Positions 30,067-40,437 of a stretch of DNA of 64,000 nucleotides are shown here, one piece after another. Position 1 is the first letter of the stretch; each line of letters begins with the position of its first letter. Both the position numbers and the translations under genes were made by a program. The notes under the pieces are model-generated. The model was not told where the DNA came from. It saw nothing but the letters and a program-made list of their open reading frames with translations, and made no database searches. The stretch lies in assembly GCA_963788655.1 (NCBI GenBank), contig CAWBHS010000065.1, positions 20,810 through 84,809 on the forward strand. Direction: 5' to 3'. This DNA is from an uncultured Verrucomicrobiae bacterium. GTDB taxonomy: Bacteria > Verrucomicrobiota > Verrucomicrobiia > Limisphaerales > JAFGQR01.

Positions 30067-31590
30067 TCACTTGAGGGGAATCCAACACACCAATCCCCGT
30101 AACCGTTCTTCATCGTGCGGTTGGGTGAACAAACTCACGCCCACCGTGACGGCCAGCGATGCTACGAAGGACCACCAGGCCGCCCAAAGAAACGGCACCC
30201 CGCCCGTGATGCCCAACAGCACTTCGGCCCAATTCAACACGGCGGCCGTGCCGACACCAGCCACCATCCCCACCATTCCCCCGGCGGCGGTGGTGCGGCG
30301 GGTCAGCATGCCCAACAGTAGCAACGCCAGGAGCGGTCCTTGGAAGAAGGTCAGAAACGTTTGAAACGCCTCGAAGACCGAGCTGAATTGAGTCTTGATC
30401 GGGTAGCTCAAGACCGCGCCGCCCAGCAAAAGCAACACAACCAGCCAGCGGCCAGTTTTCAGGCACTGGTGATCGGTGGCTTGGGGATTGATGAATGGTC
30501 GATAGAGATCGGTGACCAACAGGGTGCTCGCCGAATTGACGTAGGAATCGAGATTGGACAGTACGCCGGCAAGAAACGCCCCAATGACAATCCCAAGCAC
30601 GCCCGTGGGCAGCAGGTGGGCCACCAACATCGGGAGCACGCGATTGCCATCCCAATGCTCGCCGGGCTGGCCCAATTGTTCGTGGAACAATGCCAGCCCG
30701 ATCAGTCCGGGCACCACCAGTAGAACCGGAAAGATCAATTTGATGCCCGCGCAAAACACATACGAGGCCCGGGCTTCGTTTTGACTGCGCGTTCCCAGGG
30801 TGCGTTGCACGATGGCCTGGTTGCCGATCCAATACGCCGGCCCCAGCACGAAGCCCAACCCGAGCAGGACCGCCGGCCAGGGATAGACCGGATGATCTGC
30901 CGGCGGTAACAAGTCGAAATGGTGTTGGGTCCAATTCAGGCTGCCAATCGTGGCCTTGAGTCCCCCCAAGCCCCCGGCTTTCCAGAGTCCCAACCCACAG
31001 ATCAGGGCGGCGCCGATGATCAATACAATGCACGAAAGCACGTCCGTGAACACCACCGCCTTCAAGCCGCCGGTGGTGGTGTAAATGCCCACGGCTACCA
31101 CCGAGACACTCACCGAGAACCAGAACGACCACCCCAGCAACACTTCAAACATGGCCGCGGCACTCACGAAGATCGTTCCCAACGTTGCCGTCATGAACAA
31201 CACCCAGATCACGGCGAAGAAGGTGCGCACGCTCAGGTTGTAACGGCGTCCCAAATACTCGGGCACGGTATAGACTCCCGCGATCCAAAAATACGGCATG
31301 AACAAGAACGCCGCCAGCAGGACCGGGAAAATGCACCCAATGAAATCGTAGTTCATCATCACGATGCCGTGCCGGTAGGCGTCGCCAGCCAGGCCGACCA
31401 TGTCCTTGGCGCCGATGTCCGAAACCACCAGTGACATGCCGGCCGCCCACCATGGCAACGATTTGCCGGCCAGGAAGAAATCGCGGCTCGATTTAATGCC
31501 CCGGCTCAGCCAAAGCCCCAGCCAGACCACCGCCGCGAGATACACCACCACGAGGGCCACATCCAAAGGTGCAAGTCGCAGCGTGTCCAT
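30067..31590 (-). CDS. Sodium:solute symporter (SSS family)
   Basis: DFFLAGKSLPWW, YTVPEYLGRRY, GGLKAVVFTD, NQAIVQRTL; multiple TM helices. Confidence 0.93.
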   Translation of the reverse strand: MDTLRLAPLDVALVVVYLAAVVWLGLWLSRGIKSSRDFFLAGKSLPWWAAGMSLVVSDIGAKDMVGLAGDAYRHGIVMMNYDFIGCIFPVLLAAFLFMPYFWIAGVYTVPEYLGRRYNLSVRTFFAVIWVLFMTATLGTIFVSAAAMFEVLLGWSFWFSVSVSVVAVGIYTTTGGLKAVVFTDVLSCIVLIIGAALICGLGLWKAGGLGGLKATIGSLNWTQHHFDLLPPADHPVYPWPAVLLGLGFVLGPAYWIGNQAIVQRTLGTRSQNEARASYVFCAGIKLIFPVLLVVPGLIGLALFHEQLGQPGEHWDGNRVLPMLVAHLLPTGVLGIVIGAFLAGVLSNLDSYVNSASTLLVTDLYRPFINPQATDHQCLKTGRWLVVLLLLGGAVLSYPIKTQFSSVFEAFQTFLTFFQGPLLALLLLGMLTRRTTAAGGMVGMVAGVGTAAVLNWAEVLLGITGGVPFLWAAWWSFVASLAVTVGVSLFTQPHDEERLRGLVCWIPLK

Positions 31591-31776
31591 GGGATTACCG
31601 GGTGCCTGTTTGTTGCCGTCGAATCATGAGAACGGCGGGGAATGTAAAGTGGAACGGGGGTGCAAGGCTATCGGAAAGTTGCATAAGCGGGAGAGTCCGG
31701 TGAACGAAGTGCCCCGCGCCGATTCGGTCCGCGTAGCCAGGCTTGACTTCACGCTGACGGCCCCTAACTTTCGGTT

Positions 31777-31983
31777 ATGCGTAACTTCTTTGCCGACACT
31801 GTGCTCCAAGAAGACGGAAAGCTGAACCTGGACCATTTGCCCTTTCAGGAAGGAGACGCTGTTCGAGTCTTCATCACCGCGACTGAACGTCCGGTAGAAA
31901 ATCATCATCTTCGCGGTACCGTGCTCAAGTATGAGCAACCCTTCGACCCTGTTGCGCCAGAGGACTGGATCGCCGTCCAATGA
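31777..31983 (+). CDS. Putative VapB-like antitoxin, 68 aa
   Basis: DGKLNL..LPF..GD.VRV beta motif, LRGTV..YEQPFDPV..EDW tail; ATGA overlap with a PIN-like start. Confidence 0.65.
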   Translation: MRNFFADTVLQEDGKLNLDHLPFQEGDAVRVFITATERPVENHHLRGTVLKYEQPFDPVAPEDWIAVQ

Positions 31984-32030
31984 TCGTATTGGACACTCAC
32001 CTCTGGATCTGGTGGGTCAACGGCAGTGCC
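31980..32030 (+). pseudogene. N-terminal remnant of a VapC/PIN toxin
   Basis: MIVLDTHLWIWWVNG is a typical PIN first strand; the rest of the domain is missing. Confidence 0.7.
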
Positions 32031-32078
32031 GCACTTGTGCCTGAAACGGAATTGCGTTCGGCTTTGTCCCTCATACCC

Positions 32079-35040
32079 ATGAATTATCCAATTCGTCCAA
32101 CTTCAAAGGGCCAAACCATTGGTCTGATGGCCGTCCTGTTGTCTCTCTTTTGGCTCACTGTCCCGCCGCCGGCAAACGCGCAAATGGTCACGGGCAGTAG
32201 CATGACGGATTTTGCCAAGACGTTCGGCATTTCCGCCCAAGGCTGGTCGGTGCAGCAGTTGGAGTGCAACCTCGGGGCCAATGCGCTTTGGCCCGCGGAA
32301 ACGGCCACGTTCACGTTCTTCATCAAACCGGGGCAATCGTATCAAGGTCCGCTCAAAGTGGACGTGATTCAGTATGGCACCCGAGGCAAACCGGGCGATT
32401 GGTGGCAACCCGTCGTGTTCAAAATCGCCGACGTGAGTTCGCTCAGGCTGAACGTGGATTTGCCGGCCAAGGGCGGGCTGGTGACGGTCGGGCCAAAGAT
32501 CGGTGATGCCTTTGGCGGATACGCCGTCATCCTCGAGTTGGGCGAACGCGGACGGGCCTTTGGCGCCGCCTGTGTGCGCGTTCCGGCGCCTGAGCCCAGC
32601 CGGGTCTGGCTACCGACATACGCGATGGATTTGGGTTGGCCGCACGAAATGTCGCCGGTGGTCTTCAATGTGTTCAAGCGGCTGGGGGTCAAAGGCGCCC
32701 GCACCGAGGGCGGCTATAACACCATACGCGACGCGCACACCGACTGGGCGATGGCGAATGATCTCACCCTTATGCTCACCGTGGGCTGCGGCAACACGCC
32801 GCGGGAGCAACAACCGCTCGGCCGCGGCCGGCCTTGGTTGCGGGCGAACGGGGAGATGATCGAGGGGGTGAAAGAGGACTTGGCGTGGCTGCCTTCCTTC
32901 GATCCGGAATTCAAACGTTACCTGAAAAATGTGCTCATCGAGCAAGGCTGGCCCAAAGGTCCGATTAACGCCGTCGAGTTGTGGAACGAACCGTGGGAAG
33001 GCGTCTCCATTTCCGGCTGGGGTGCGGATTGCCTGCGCTACCGGGAAATTTACCAGGTGATGGCCGAGGCGGTCATCGAGGCGCGCCAGGAAGCGGGCGT
33101 TAAGGTGCTCATTGGCGGGGCTTGTTCCTCGGCCAATACGCGCGACAAGTTGTTCTGTGACGGGACGGACAAGTTCCTGCCCTGGCTGGATTTCGTCAGC
33201 ATCCACTACCAGCCGTTGGCCGCCGATCCGGTGCTCGAACCCAAATGGATGCACCGCCAAGGCCCCTACGGACGCGTGAAAGTTTGGGATACCGAAAGCT
33301 GGGTGGCCAATTCCGATGACCGCGTGGCGGCCGTCATTGCCTCGATGCGCGCCATGGGCCAGGATCGCACGGCGGGCATTTACGCCGGCAATGTGTTCAC
33401 CTCCCAGAAGCCGCGCCTGAATGGCAAGGAATACGCCGTCGCCCAGGTCTGGGCCCCCGGTGCCGCGGTGGCTGCCTGCCAGAAATTCATCGGTCAGCGG
33501 GCGTTCAAGGAAATCCTGTTCAAGAACGGCTTGCCGTGGGTGTTCGTCTTCGATGGCTTGCCCAAGCGAGTCGGCAAAGAACGCACCGGACCCGTCGATC
33601 CGGACGATGGCACGCTCGTCATCGTGGGCGACCTGGGCGCCAGCTACGACAAAAACCGCACCTTGTTCCGTTCGGTCAACTTGGCGCCGGATGCCAAGAT
33701 GGAACTCGGCGACGGTGGCGGCCAGTTTGTGCTCCATGATTTCTATGCCAATCCGCTGCCGTCCCATGGGGACAAGATCACTGTGCCACTGAATGGTCTG
33801 GGTTACTTCCTTCGCGCGGACGGAAGTCACGGTTCGTTTGCGCGGCTGCTGGCGGCGGTCAACACCGCAACCATCACCGGCATCGATCCCGTGGAAATCA
33901 TCGCCCACGATATGACGGCGCCCATTGCCGCCCGGCCCAAACTCAAATTGAAAATCACCAACGTGCTGAACCGGCCCGTGAAGGGCACGTTGTCGGTTCG
34001 CCTCGAAGGGCTCACGGTCGAGCCGGCGGAACAGGCGGTGACCGTGGCCGGTCAGCAGAGCCGGGAAGTGTTCGTCACCGTTACCGGCGGAACAGCGGCG
34101 GCCGACAACAATTACAAGTTGCTCGCCACGTTTGACGCGGGCCGCGACGGCACCAAGAAACACGCCGAGCTTGATGCATGTGAACTTCGTTGCCAAACGC
34201 ACCATCACCGTGGACGGGAAACTGGACGACTGGCAGGGCGTCATCCCACAAACCAGCGCTCAGACCGTCGGTGCGAGCCAAACCGAAAAGGCCTATCGGC
34301 CCTTCCTGAATTGGGACCACCAGGGCGGTGGTGGCGCGGTGACTGCCTGGCTGGCGCACGACGACACGTTCTTCTATTTCGCTGCCAAAGTCCCGCGCAT
34401 GGGCGACATGATCCGCTTCGAAACCCGTCGAGACGACGACTATTTCTATCCGGCCAAGGTCATCAGCAAAGGCCAGGAACTCACCTGGCCGGCGGGAGTG
34501 CGGCGGTTTTCATACCGCAAGAATTTCGACATTCCTTCCGGCAACGGCCAACACAACGTCCAGATCGCTTTCAACGTCATTCCGCCGGAGCAGAAGGCCC
34601 ATCTCCAATATCCCGTCGGCACGATGCCGCACTTTTGCGCCTACTTCGACACCGACTACGAGTTCGCGTTGAACAAAGTCGGCCGGTCCTACGGCGGCGG
34701 CACGGAAATCTTCTGTCTCCAACGGCCCGGCATGATGCGCAAACATTTCTTCCCGCGACAGCCGAAGGCGCCCATTGACGGTGGGCCGGTCAAAGGCGCC
34801 GCCAAATTGGTCGTGCAGGACAACTTGGTCGAGTGCGCCATCCCTTGGAGTGAGTTGCCGGAAGTGCAGGCGCGACTCGCGGCGGGACAGACCGTGAAGT
34901 TCAGCTTCCGCGTGAACGACGGCGGCCAGGCCTTCGAATTGGCTGCCGGTCGGAGTGTGTCCAAAGACAACTGCCTGGCGTTTCACAACGATTGGTCCAC
35001 GCACTGGGCCAACGAAGTGGAGTTTGGCTTTGAGAGGTAA
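32079..35040 (+). CDS. Large secreted glycoside hydrolase (clan GH-A-like) with C-terminal CBM9/DOMON-like domain; frameshift near 34170
   Basis: Signal peptide ending ANA-Q, ELWNEP acid/base motif, VSIHY, VWDTES nucleophile-like motif, ITVDGKLDDW and VECAIPW. Confidence 0.7.
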
Positions 35041-35068
35041 GCAAGCACGGGGGCAACTCACGCTTTCC

Positions 35069-35138
35069 GGAGCGCGGACATTCCTATCCGCTTCCCAGTT
35101 GCCCGAACGCTCCAAGCGGACAAGAATGTCCGCGCTCC
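35069..35138. repeat. REP-like inverted doublet (GGAG-type)
   Basis: ggagcgcggacattcctatccgctt / aagcggacaagaatgtccgcgctcc, 23/25 complementary. Confidence 0.8.
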
Positions 35139-35195
35139 AATCGCCCTCGGTGTGGATTCCGCGAGATGCTGGTTCCAAGCTCCCGTGGCAAATCA

Positions 35196-35328
35196 GTAGG
35201 ACAGGCGTCCCGCCTGTCCCGAACGGCAGTAAACCAGGGACTTGGGACGCAGCGCCGCGACATTCTCAGCGTCTCCAAAGGTGAGGACATCCCTGCGCTA
35301 TTCGAGACAGGCGTGACGCTTGTCCTAC
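35196..35328. repeat. REP-like inverted doublet (GTAGGAC family)
   Basis: gtaggacaggcgtcccgcctgtcccgaa / ttcgagacaggcgtgacgcttgtcctac, 25/28 complementary; relatives at 44152-44178 and 60708-60822. Confidence 0.8.
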
Positions 35329-35410
35329 GTTGCCGAATCGTCTCGTGACGCTTCCACTTGCTGAATCGTTACCCCTTGCGATCGGCGGAGGGACAGGCTA
35401 AGCATGGAGC

Positions 35411-36256
35411 GTGGTTAATGAACGTTATGGTGATGCCTCATTGGTGCTGGTGGGGCATGGTTCCGCGAAGAATGCCGATTCCTGCCGCACTGTTTATCAA
35501 CATGCCGCCACCTTGCGCGAACGGCATTTGTTCGCCGAGGTGCGCGAGGCCTTTCTGCGGCAGGAGCCCTCGCTGAAGGATGTATTTGCCACCGTCACTG
35601 CCGCGCGGGTGTTCGTGGTGCCGTTGTTCATCAGCGAAGGCTATTTCACCGAACAGTTCATTCCTCGGGAATTGCGGTTGCGCGCCGAAGGCGAATCGGA
35701 TTTTGCCCGGCGCCAGCATCGCGGTTCCCAAACGATCTTTTATTGCAGTCCCATCGGCACGCATCCCAGTATGACCGGCGTGTTGCTCGAACGCGCCCGC
35801 GAAATCGTGGCGCAACATCCGTTTCCCCACGCCCCCCTGCCGCACGAGATTGCCTTGTTCATCGCCGGCCATGGGACGCCTAAAGACCGCAACTCGCGGC
35901 AAGCCATTGACCGGCAGGTGGAAGATATTCGCCGTCTCAAACTCTACGCGGAAGTCCACGCGGTGTTCCTGGAAGAGTCACCGCGCATTGCCGACTGCTA
36001 TCAGTTGACCGCGGCCCGCAACTTCGTGCTGGTGCCGTTCTTCATCAGCGACGGTTTGCATGTGCGGGAAGACATTCCGGTCTTGTTGGGCGAACCGGAG
36101 CAACTCGTCCGGCAACGACTCGAGCAAGGACAGGCTTCGTGGCGCAATCCCACCGAACGCCATGGCAAACGCGTTTGGTACAGCGCGAGCGTCGGCAGTG
36201 AACCCCGTATCGCGGACGTCATCCTGGAGCGCGTGCGCGAAGCCCAGGAAGAATGA
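35411..36256 (+). CDS. cbiX: Sirohydrochlorin chelatase, CbiX/SirB family
   Basis: Two domains with LVGHGS and AGHGT, VVPLFISEGY, LVPFFISDGLHVREDIP. Confidence 0.85.
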   Translation: MVNERYGDASLVLVGHGSAKNADSCRTVYQHAATLRERHLFAEVREAFLRQEPSLKDVFATVTAARVFVVPLFISEGYFTEQFIPRELRLRAEGESDFARRQHRGSQTIFYCSPIGTHPSMTGVLLERAREIVAQHPFPHAPLPHEIALFIAGHGTPKDRNSRQAIDRQVEDIRRLKLYAEVHAVFLEESPRIADCYQLTAARNFVLVPFFISDGLHVREDIPVLLGEPEQLVRQRLEQGQASWRNPTERHGKRVWYSASVGSEPRIADVILERVREAQEE

Positions 36257-36393
36257 CCAAGGACCAATGAACCAATGACCAGAGAATGATCAAGAGCCAA
36301 TGACCAACTTGCTACCGACGGGCTGCTCGAAGTGGACTTGGATCTTGGGCCTTGGACATTCTCTGGTGCTTGGTCCTTGGTTCCTTGGTCATT
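36252..36393. repeat. Heptamer-armed (aatgacc/ggtcatt) long inverted repeat between convergent cbiX and recQ
   Basis: Left arm aatgaccaaggaccaatgaacc...accagagaatg, right arm cattctctggt...ttggtccttggttccttggtcatt. Confidence 0.75.
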
Positions 36394-38551
36394 GCGGTTT
36401 CGCGGCTCGATAAATACGCAGCAGTCCAAAATCCACTTTCCCGCCGAGTAGTTCGTGCGCGCCAGTTAAATTGCCGGGGCCGCACTTGGCGAAGGCCGCG
36501 GCTATTTGTTGTTGCTCGTCGTCCGTGAAAATGCGTCCCAAATCCACGGCTTCCCCGGCTTGAATCGCGGTGGCCAAATGGCCGCAAACGGTGCTGGTCA
36601 CCAGCATTCGATGGCTCGCAATTTCCTCGATGGACTCCCCGGCCCGGAACCGCCGTAGCGTTTCGAACGTCGTATCGTTCAAGCTGGACCGGGCGGGAGC
36701 GGCGGCTGCAAACGAATCATCGGCAAACATCTGCCGCGGATAGGTGCGCAGGTGACCGGCGATTTCGGCCTCGAATTGGGCGCCGAACTCCTGGAGTTTG
36801 CGTTCCCCAACCCCACTGATCCGGCGGAACTCGCGTTCGTTCGCAGGATAGTACCGCGCCATTTGTCGAAGGGACACGTCGGAGAAAATGATGTACGGCG
36901 GCACCCCGCGTTCGTCGGCCAATTGTTTACGCAGCGTGCGCAACCGCTCGAACAACACCTCGTCGCACGCAATCTCGCCGGCCCGACCGATCTTCGGCTC
37001 GGGCAGCTTCATCGGGCGGGTCAGTTGGATGGGGGTCCGTTGACGCAGCACTTGCAACCCCTCGGCAGTCAACTCGAGCACGTTAAACTTTTCCGGCAGT
37101 TGCCGCACATAGCCCAACCGCATTAACTCGCGTCCAATCACCGCCCATTCGGGCCGGCTGTGTTCCTTGCCGATGCCGTAGGTGGACAATTCGGCGTGAT
37201 GAAATTTGCGAATCTTTTCCGTGTCGGCGCCGGTCAGCACTTCGATGACGTGGTTCAAACCCACGCCAAAACCGCTGCGCTCCCGAATGCGATAGATGCA
37301 CGACAACAGTTTCTGCGCGGCCAGCGTGCCGTCGTACGTTTCACGTGGCGACAGGCAGTTATCGCAGCCGCCGCAATTCTCCTCGGTGTGCTCCTCGCCG
37401 AAATAGTGCAGCATCGTCACCCGCCGGCACTCGCTGCTTTCGGCGTAATGGACCATTTGCTCCAATTGCTCGTAAGCAATCTGGCGCTCCTTCGGATTGG
37501 GTTTTTCCTCGATGAACTGTTTTTGCTTCACCACGTCGCCGGCGCTGAATAGCAACAGACATTCGCTGGGCAAACCATCCCGACCCGCCCGCCCGGTTTC
37601 CTGGTAATAGCCCTCGAGGTTCTTGGGTAAGTCGTAATGGACCACGAAACGCACGTTCGGCTTGTTGATCCCCATGCCGAACGCGATCGTCGCGCACACC
37701 ACGCGCACTTCGTCGCGCAGAAAGAGATCCTGGCTGTTCGAGCGATCTTTGTTGCCCATTCCCGCGTGGTAGGACGCGGCCTTCACCCCGTCCGCATTGA
37801 GCCGCGCCGCCAGGCGTTCGGCAGACTTGCGCGCCTGACAATACACAATCCCACCGTCGCGTGGTCGGGCGTGCAGGAAGTCGAGCAACTGCTCGTAAGC
37901 CCGCGACTTGGGAATGACCCGATACGTGAGATTGGGCCGGTTGAAGCTGGCGACGTAGCAACGCGGCTCGCGCAAGTGCAGTTGCTGGACAATGTCTCCG
38001 CGCACCCGTTCGGTGGCGGTGGCGGTCAAAGCCATCAACGGTACCGGCGGAAACAACTCGCGCAGTTTGGACAACTGGCGATATTCCGGCCGGAAATCGT
38101 GTCCCCACTCGCTGATGCAGTGGGCTTCGTCGATGGCCAGCAAGTTGACCTTCCACTGCTTGAGCGCGTCCAGCGTGCCATCCAGCATCAACCGCTCAGG
38201 CGCTAAATACAGCATCCGGTAATCCCCCTGATACAGTCCCCGGAACCGCTGCCGCGACTCGCCGGCGGCCAGGGACGAATTGAGGAACGTGGCCGGCACG
38301 CCGCTGGCCTGCATGGCATCGACCTGGTCTTTCATCAAGGCAATCAGCGGCGAGACGACCACCGTCAACCCGTCTCGCACCATCGCGGGCAGTTGGAAGC
38401 ACAGCGATTTACCACCGCCCGTTGGCAGCAGGGCAAACACATCCTGGCCTCCGAGGGCATCGCGGATGATTTCCTCCTGCAACGGGCGAAAGGAAGTGAA
38501 GCCGAAGTATTGCTTCAGCAGCGGCATCAAATCAATGGTAGCGGGCTTCAT
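36389..38551 (-). CDS. recQ: DNA helicase RecQ
   Basis: PTGGGKSLCFQLP, IDEAHCISEWGHDFRPEY, QETGRAGRDG, Zn-binding CRR...CGGCDNC, RQC and HRDC regions. Confidence 0.97.
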   Translation of the reverse strand: MKPATIDLMPLLKQYFGFTSFRPLQEEIIRDALGGQDVFALLPTGGGKSLCFQLPAMVRDGLTVVVSPLIALMKDQVDAMQASGVPATFLNSSLAAGESRQRFRGLYQGDYRMLYLAPERLMLDGTLDALKQWKVNLLAIDEAHCISEWGHDFRPEYRQLSKLRELFPPVPLMALTATATERVRGDIVQQLHLREPRCYVASFNRPNLTYRVIPKSRAYEQLLDFLHARPRDGGIVYCQARKSAERLAARLNADGVKAASYHAGMGNKDRSNSQDLFLRDEVRVVCATIAFGMGINKPNVRFVVHYDLPKNLEGYYQETGRAGRDGLPSECLLLFSAGDVVKQKQFIEEKPNPKERQIAYEQLEQMVHYAESSECRRVTMLHYFGEEHTEENCGGCDNCLSPRETYDGTLAAQKLLSCIYRIRERSGFGVGLNHVIEVLTGADTEKIRKFHHAELSTYGIGKEHSRPEWAVIGRELMRLGYVRQLPEKFNVLELTAEGLQVLRQRTPIQLTRPMKLPEPKIGRAGEIACDEVLFERLRTLRKQLADERGVPPYIIFSDVSLRQMARYYPANEREFRRISGVGERKLQEFGAQFEAEIAGHLRTYPRQMFADDSFAAAAPARSSLNDTTFETLRRFRAGESIEEIASHRMLVTSTVCGHLATAIQAGEAVDLGRIFTDDEQQQIAAAFAKCGPGNLTGAHELLGGKVDFGLLRIYRAAKPQ

Positions 38552-38703
38552 AACCAGGCAATTGAAACAACCGGATTTTCGCTAAAAATGCGCTCGGCTC
38601 AAGCCGTTTGTTTGCGTGGCGGGAACGCGCCGGCGAAAGTCGAAGAGGCAGGGGTTGCCATTCTGCTTGCCGATCGTTCGTGTCGGGCCAATCATTCTCC
38701 CCC

Positions 38704-39468
38704 ATGAAAACAATCCTGACCGCCGTTGCCGGCCTGTGTTGCTGCTGTGCTCCTTTGTTCGCCGCGCAAGGGCTCATCGTGGCCGACGAAATTCCCGCCA
38801 TGCAATATTTGGCCGATCAAATTAGCGCCGAAGAAAACATCGCCACCACGGTCGTTACGCAGGACAAGCTGCCGGCAGACTTGGCGAAGTATTCGGCGGT
38901 GATCGTTTATATCCACCGCGACCTGAATGCGCCGGCGGAAAAGGCCCTCATCGATTACACGCAGCAGGGCGGCAAGCTCATCGCGCTGCACCATTCGATC
39001 AGCTCCGGCAAACGCAAAAACAAACAGTGGTTCTCGTTCCTCGGCGTGCAACTGCCGACCGGCGATGTTAGCCAGGGCGGCTACAAATGGATCGAACCGG
39101 TCACCTTGCAGGTGGTCAATCTGGCGCCCAAGCATTTCATCACGAGTCATCAGTTGGAATACCCAGGCCGGATCGCCTACACGCCCTCGGACGTAGGCGG
39201 TAGCGAAACGTCCCGCCCCGGTTTCACGCTGCCCGAGTCGGAGGTGTATCTCAACCACACCTACACCGAACCGCGCACCATCCTCCTCGGCTTCAAATAC
39301 ACCGACGCGAAGTCCGGGAAGGTGTACATGCAGGACCGCGCCGGCTGGATCAAACCGGCGGGCAAGGGTTGGATCATTTACTTCCTGCCGGGGCACAGTC
39401 TGCGCGACTTCAAGAATCCCGCTTATGCCCGGCTGGTGTTGAACGCCGTGATTTATCAACCCCATTGA
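38704..39468 (+). CDS. Secreted ThuA-like (class I glutamine amidotransferase-like) domain protein
   Basis: Signal peptide; GGKLIALHH, SEVY, GKGWIIYFLPGH. Confidence 0.7.
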   Translation: MKTILTAVAGLCCCCAPLFAAQGLIVADEIPAMQYLADQISAEENIATTVVTQDKLPADLAKYSAVIVYIHRDLNAPAEKALIDYTQQGGKLIALHHSISSGKRKNKQWFSFLGVQLPTGDVSQGGYKWIEPVTLQVVNLAPKHFITSHQLEYPGRIAYTPSDVGGSETSRPGFTLPESEVYLNHTYTEPRTILLGFKYTDAKSGKVYMQDRAGWIKPAGKGWIIYFLPGHSLRDFKNPAYARLVLNAVIYQPH

Positions 39469-39493
39469 CTCGCCACCGGTCCGAACAATTCGG

Positions 39494-40420
39494 CTACCGG
39501 TGGCGCCGGAGAAACTGCTCGATTTCCTGGCGAAGGGGGGCGGAAGGTTGTGCGCCCATCCGGGTGACCGACAACGCTCCCGCGGCGTTGGCAAAACGCA
39601 CCGCTTCGGCTAGCTCCCGACCTTCGGCCAGGGCAACTGCCAAAGCGCCGTTAAAAACGTCACCGGCGGCAGTGGTATCCACGGCCTTCACTTTGAATCC
39701 GCGTACAAACGTACGGGCTTCGCGAGTGGCAATCAACGCGCCGCGGGCGCCCAGAGTCACGATGACCACTTCGATGCCTTTAGCCAGCAACGCTTCGGCA
39801 GCCCGCGTGGCCGAAGCATTGTTGCGCACCTTGATCCCGGTCAGCAATTCGGCTTCGCTTTCATTGGGCGTCAGGATGGACACCCGCCGCAAAAGTTTGT
39901 CCGGCAACCTCCGGGCCGGTGCCGGATTCAGAATAACGCGCACGCTGTGTTCCCGCGCCAGTTCGACTGCGGCCTGTACCGTTGGCAGCGGCGTTTCCAG
40001 TTGCACCACCAGCACCCGGGCGTGAGCAAAGGCTTGCTTTGCTTTCTGCACGTCCGCCGGGGAAAGCCGACGGTTCGCTCCGGAGGCCACGGCGATGCTG
40101 TTCTCCCCGTCGCGGGCGACAAAGATTAGCGCCACACCAGAGGGACAGGTCTGGTCGCGATAGACGTGGTCCACGTGAATCCTGTCCCGCTGAAAACCCG
40201 CCACTGCCTGATCACCGAACATGTCCTGGCCGACGCGCGCTATGAACGTCACGTCGCCGCCAGCCCGCGCGGCGCCGACGGCCTGATTGGCCCCTTTGCC
40301 GCCCGGCGCGGTCACCAACTCACCCCCGAGAATCGTTTCGCCGGGCCGGGGAATGCGCGCCAGTTTGATGATCATGTCCGTGTTGGAACTGCCCACCACA
40401 ATGATGCTTGGTTTTGCCAT
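39494..40420 (-). CDS. rbsK: Ribokinase
   Basis: VVGSSNTD, GGKGANQA, TPNESEA, DTTAAGDVF. Confidence 0.95.
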   Translation of the reverse strand: MAKPSIIVVGSSNTDMIIKLARIPRPGETILGGELVTAPGGKGANQAVGAARAGGDVTFIARVGQDMFGDQAVAGFQRDRIHVDHVYRDQTCPSGVALIFVARDGENSIAVASGANRRLSPADVQKAKQAFAHARVLVVQLETPLPTVQAAVELAREHSVRVILNPAPARRLPDKLLRRVSILTPNESEAELLTGIKVRNNASATRAAEALLAKGIEVVIVTLGARGALIATREARTFVRGFKVKAVDTTAAGDVFNGALAVALAEGRELAEAVRFANAAGALSVTRMGAQPSAPLRQEIEQFLRRHR

Positions 40421-40437
40421 GGATTGCTCTTTTGCCT

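Noticed and set aside
35041..35410. Cobalamin riboswitch upstream of cbiX
   Set aside because: The secondary structure here is explained by two REP-like doublets, and I could not see a B12-box; an Rfam scan would settle it.
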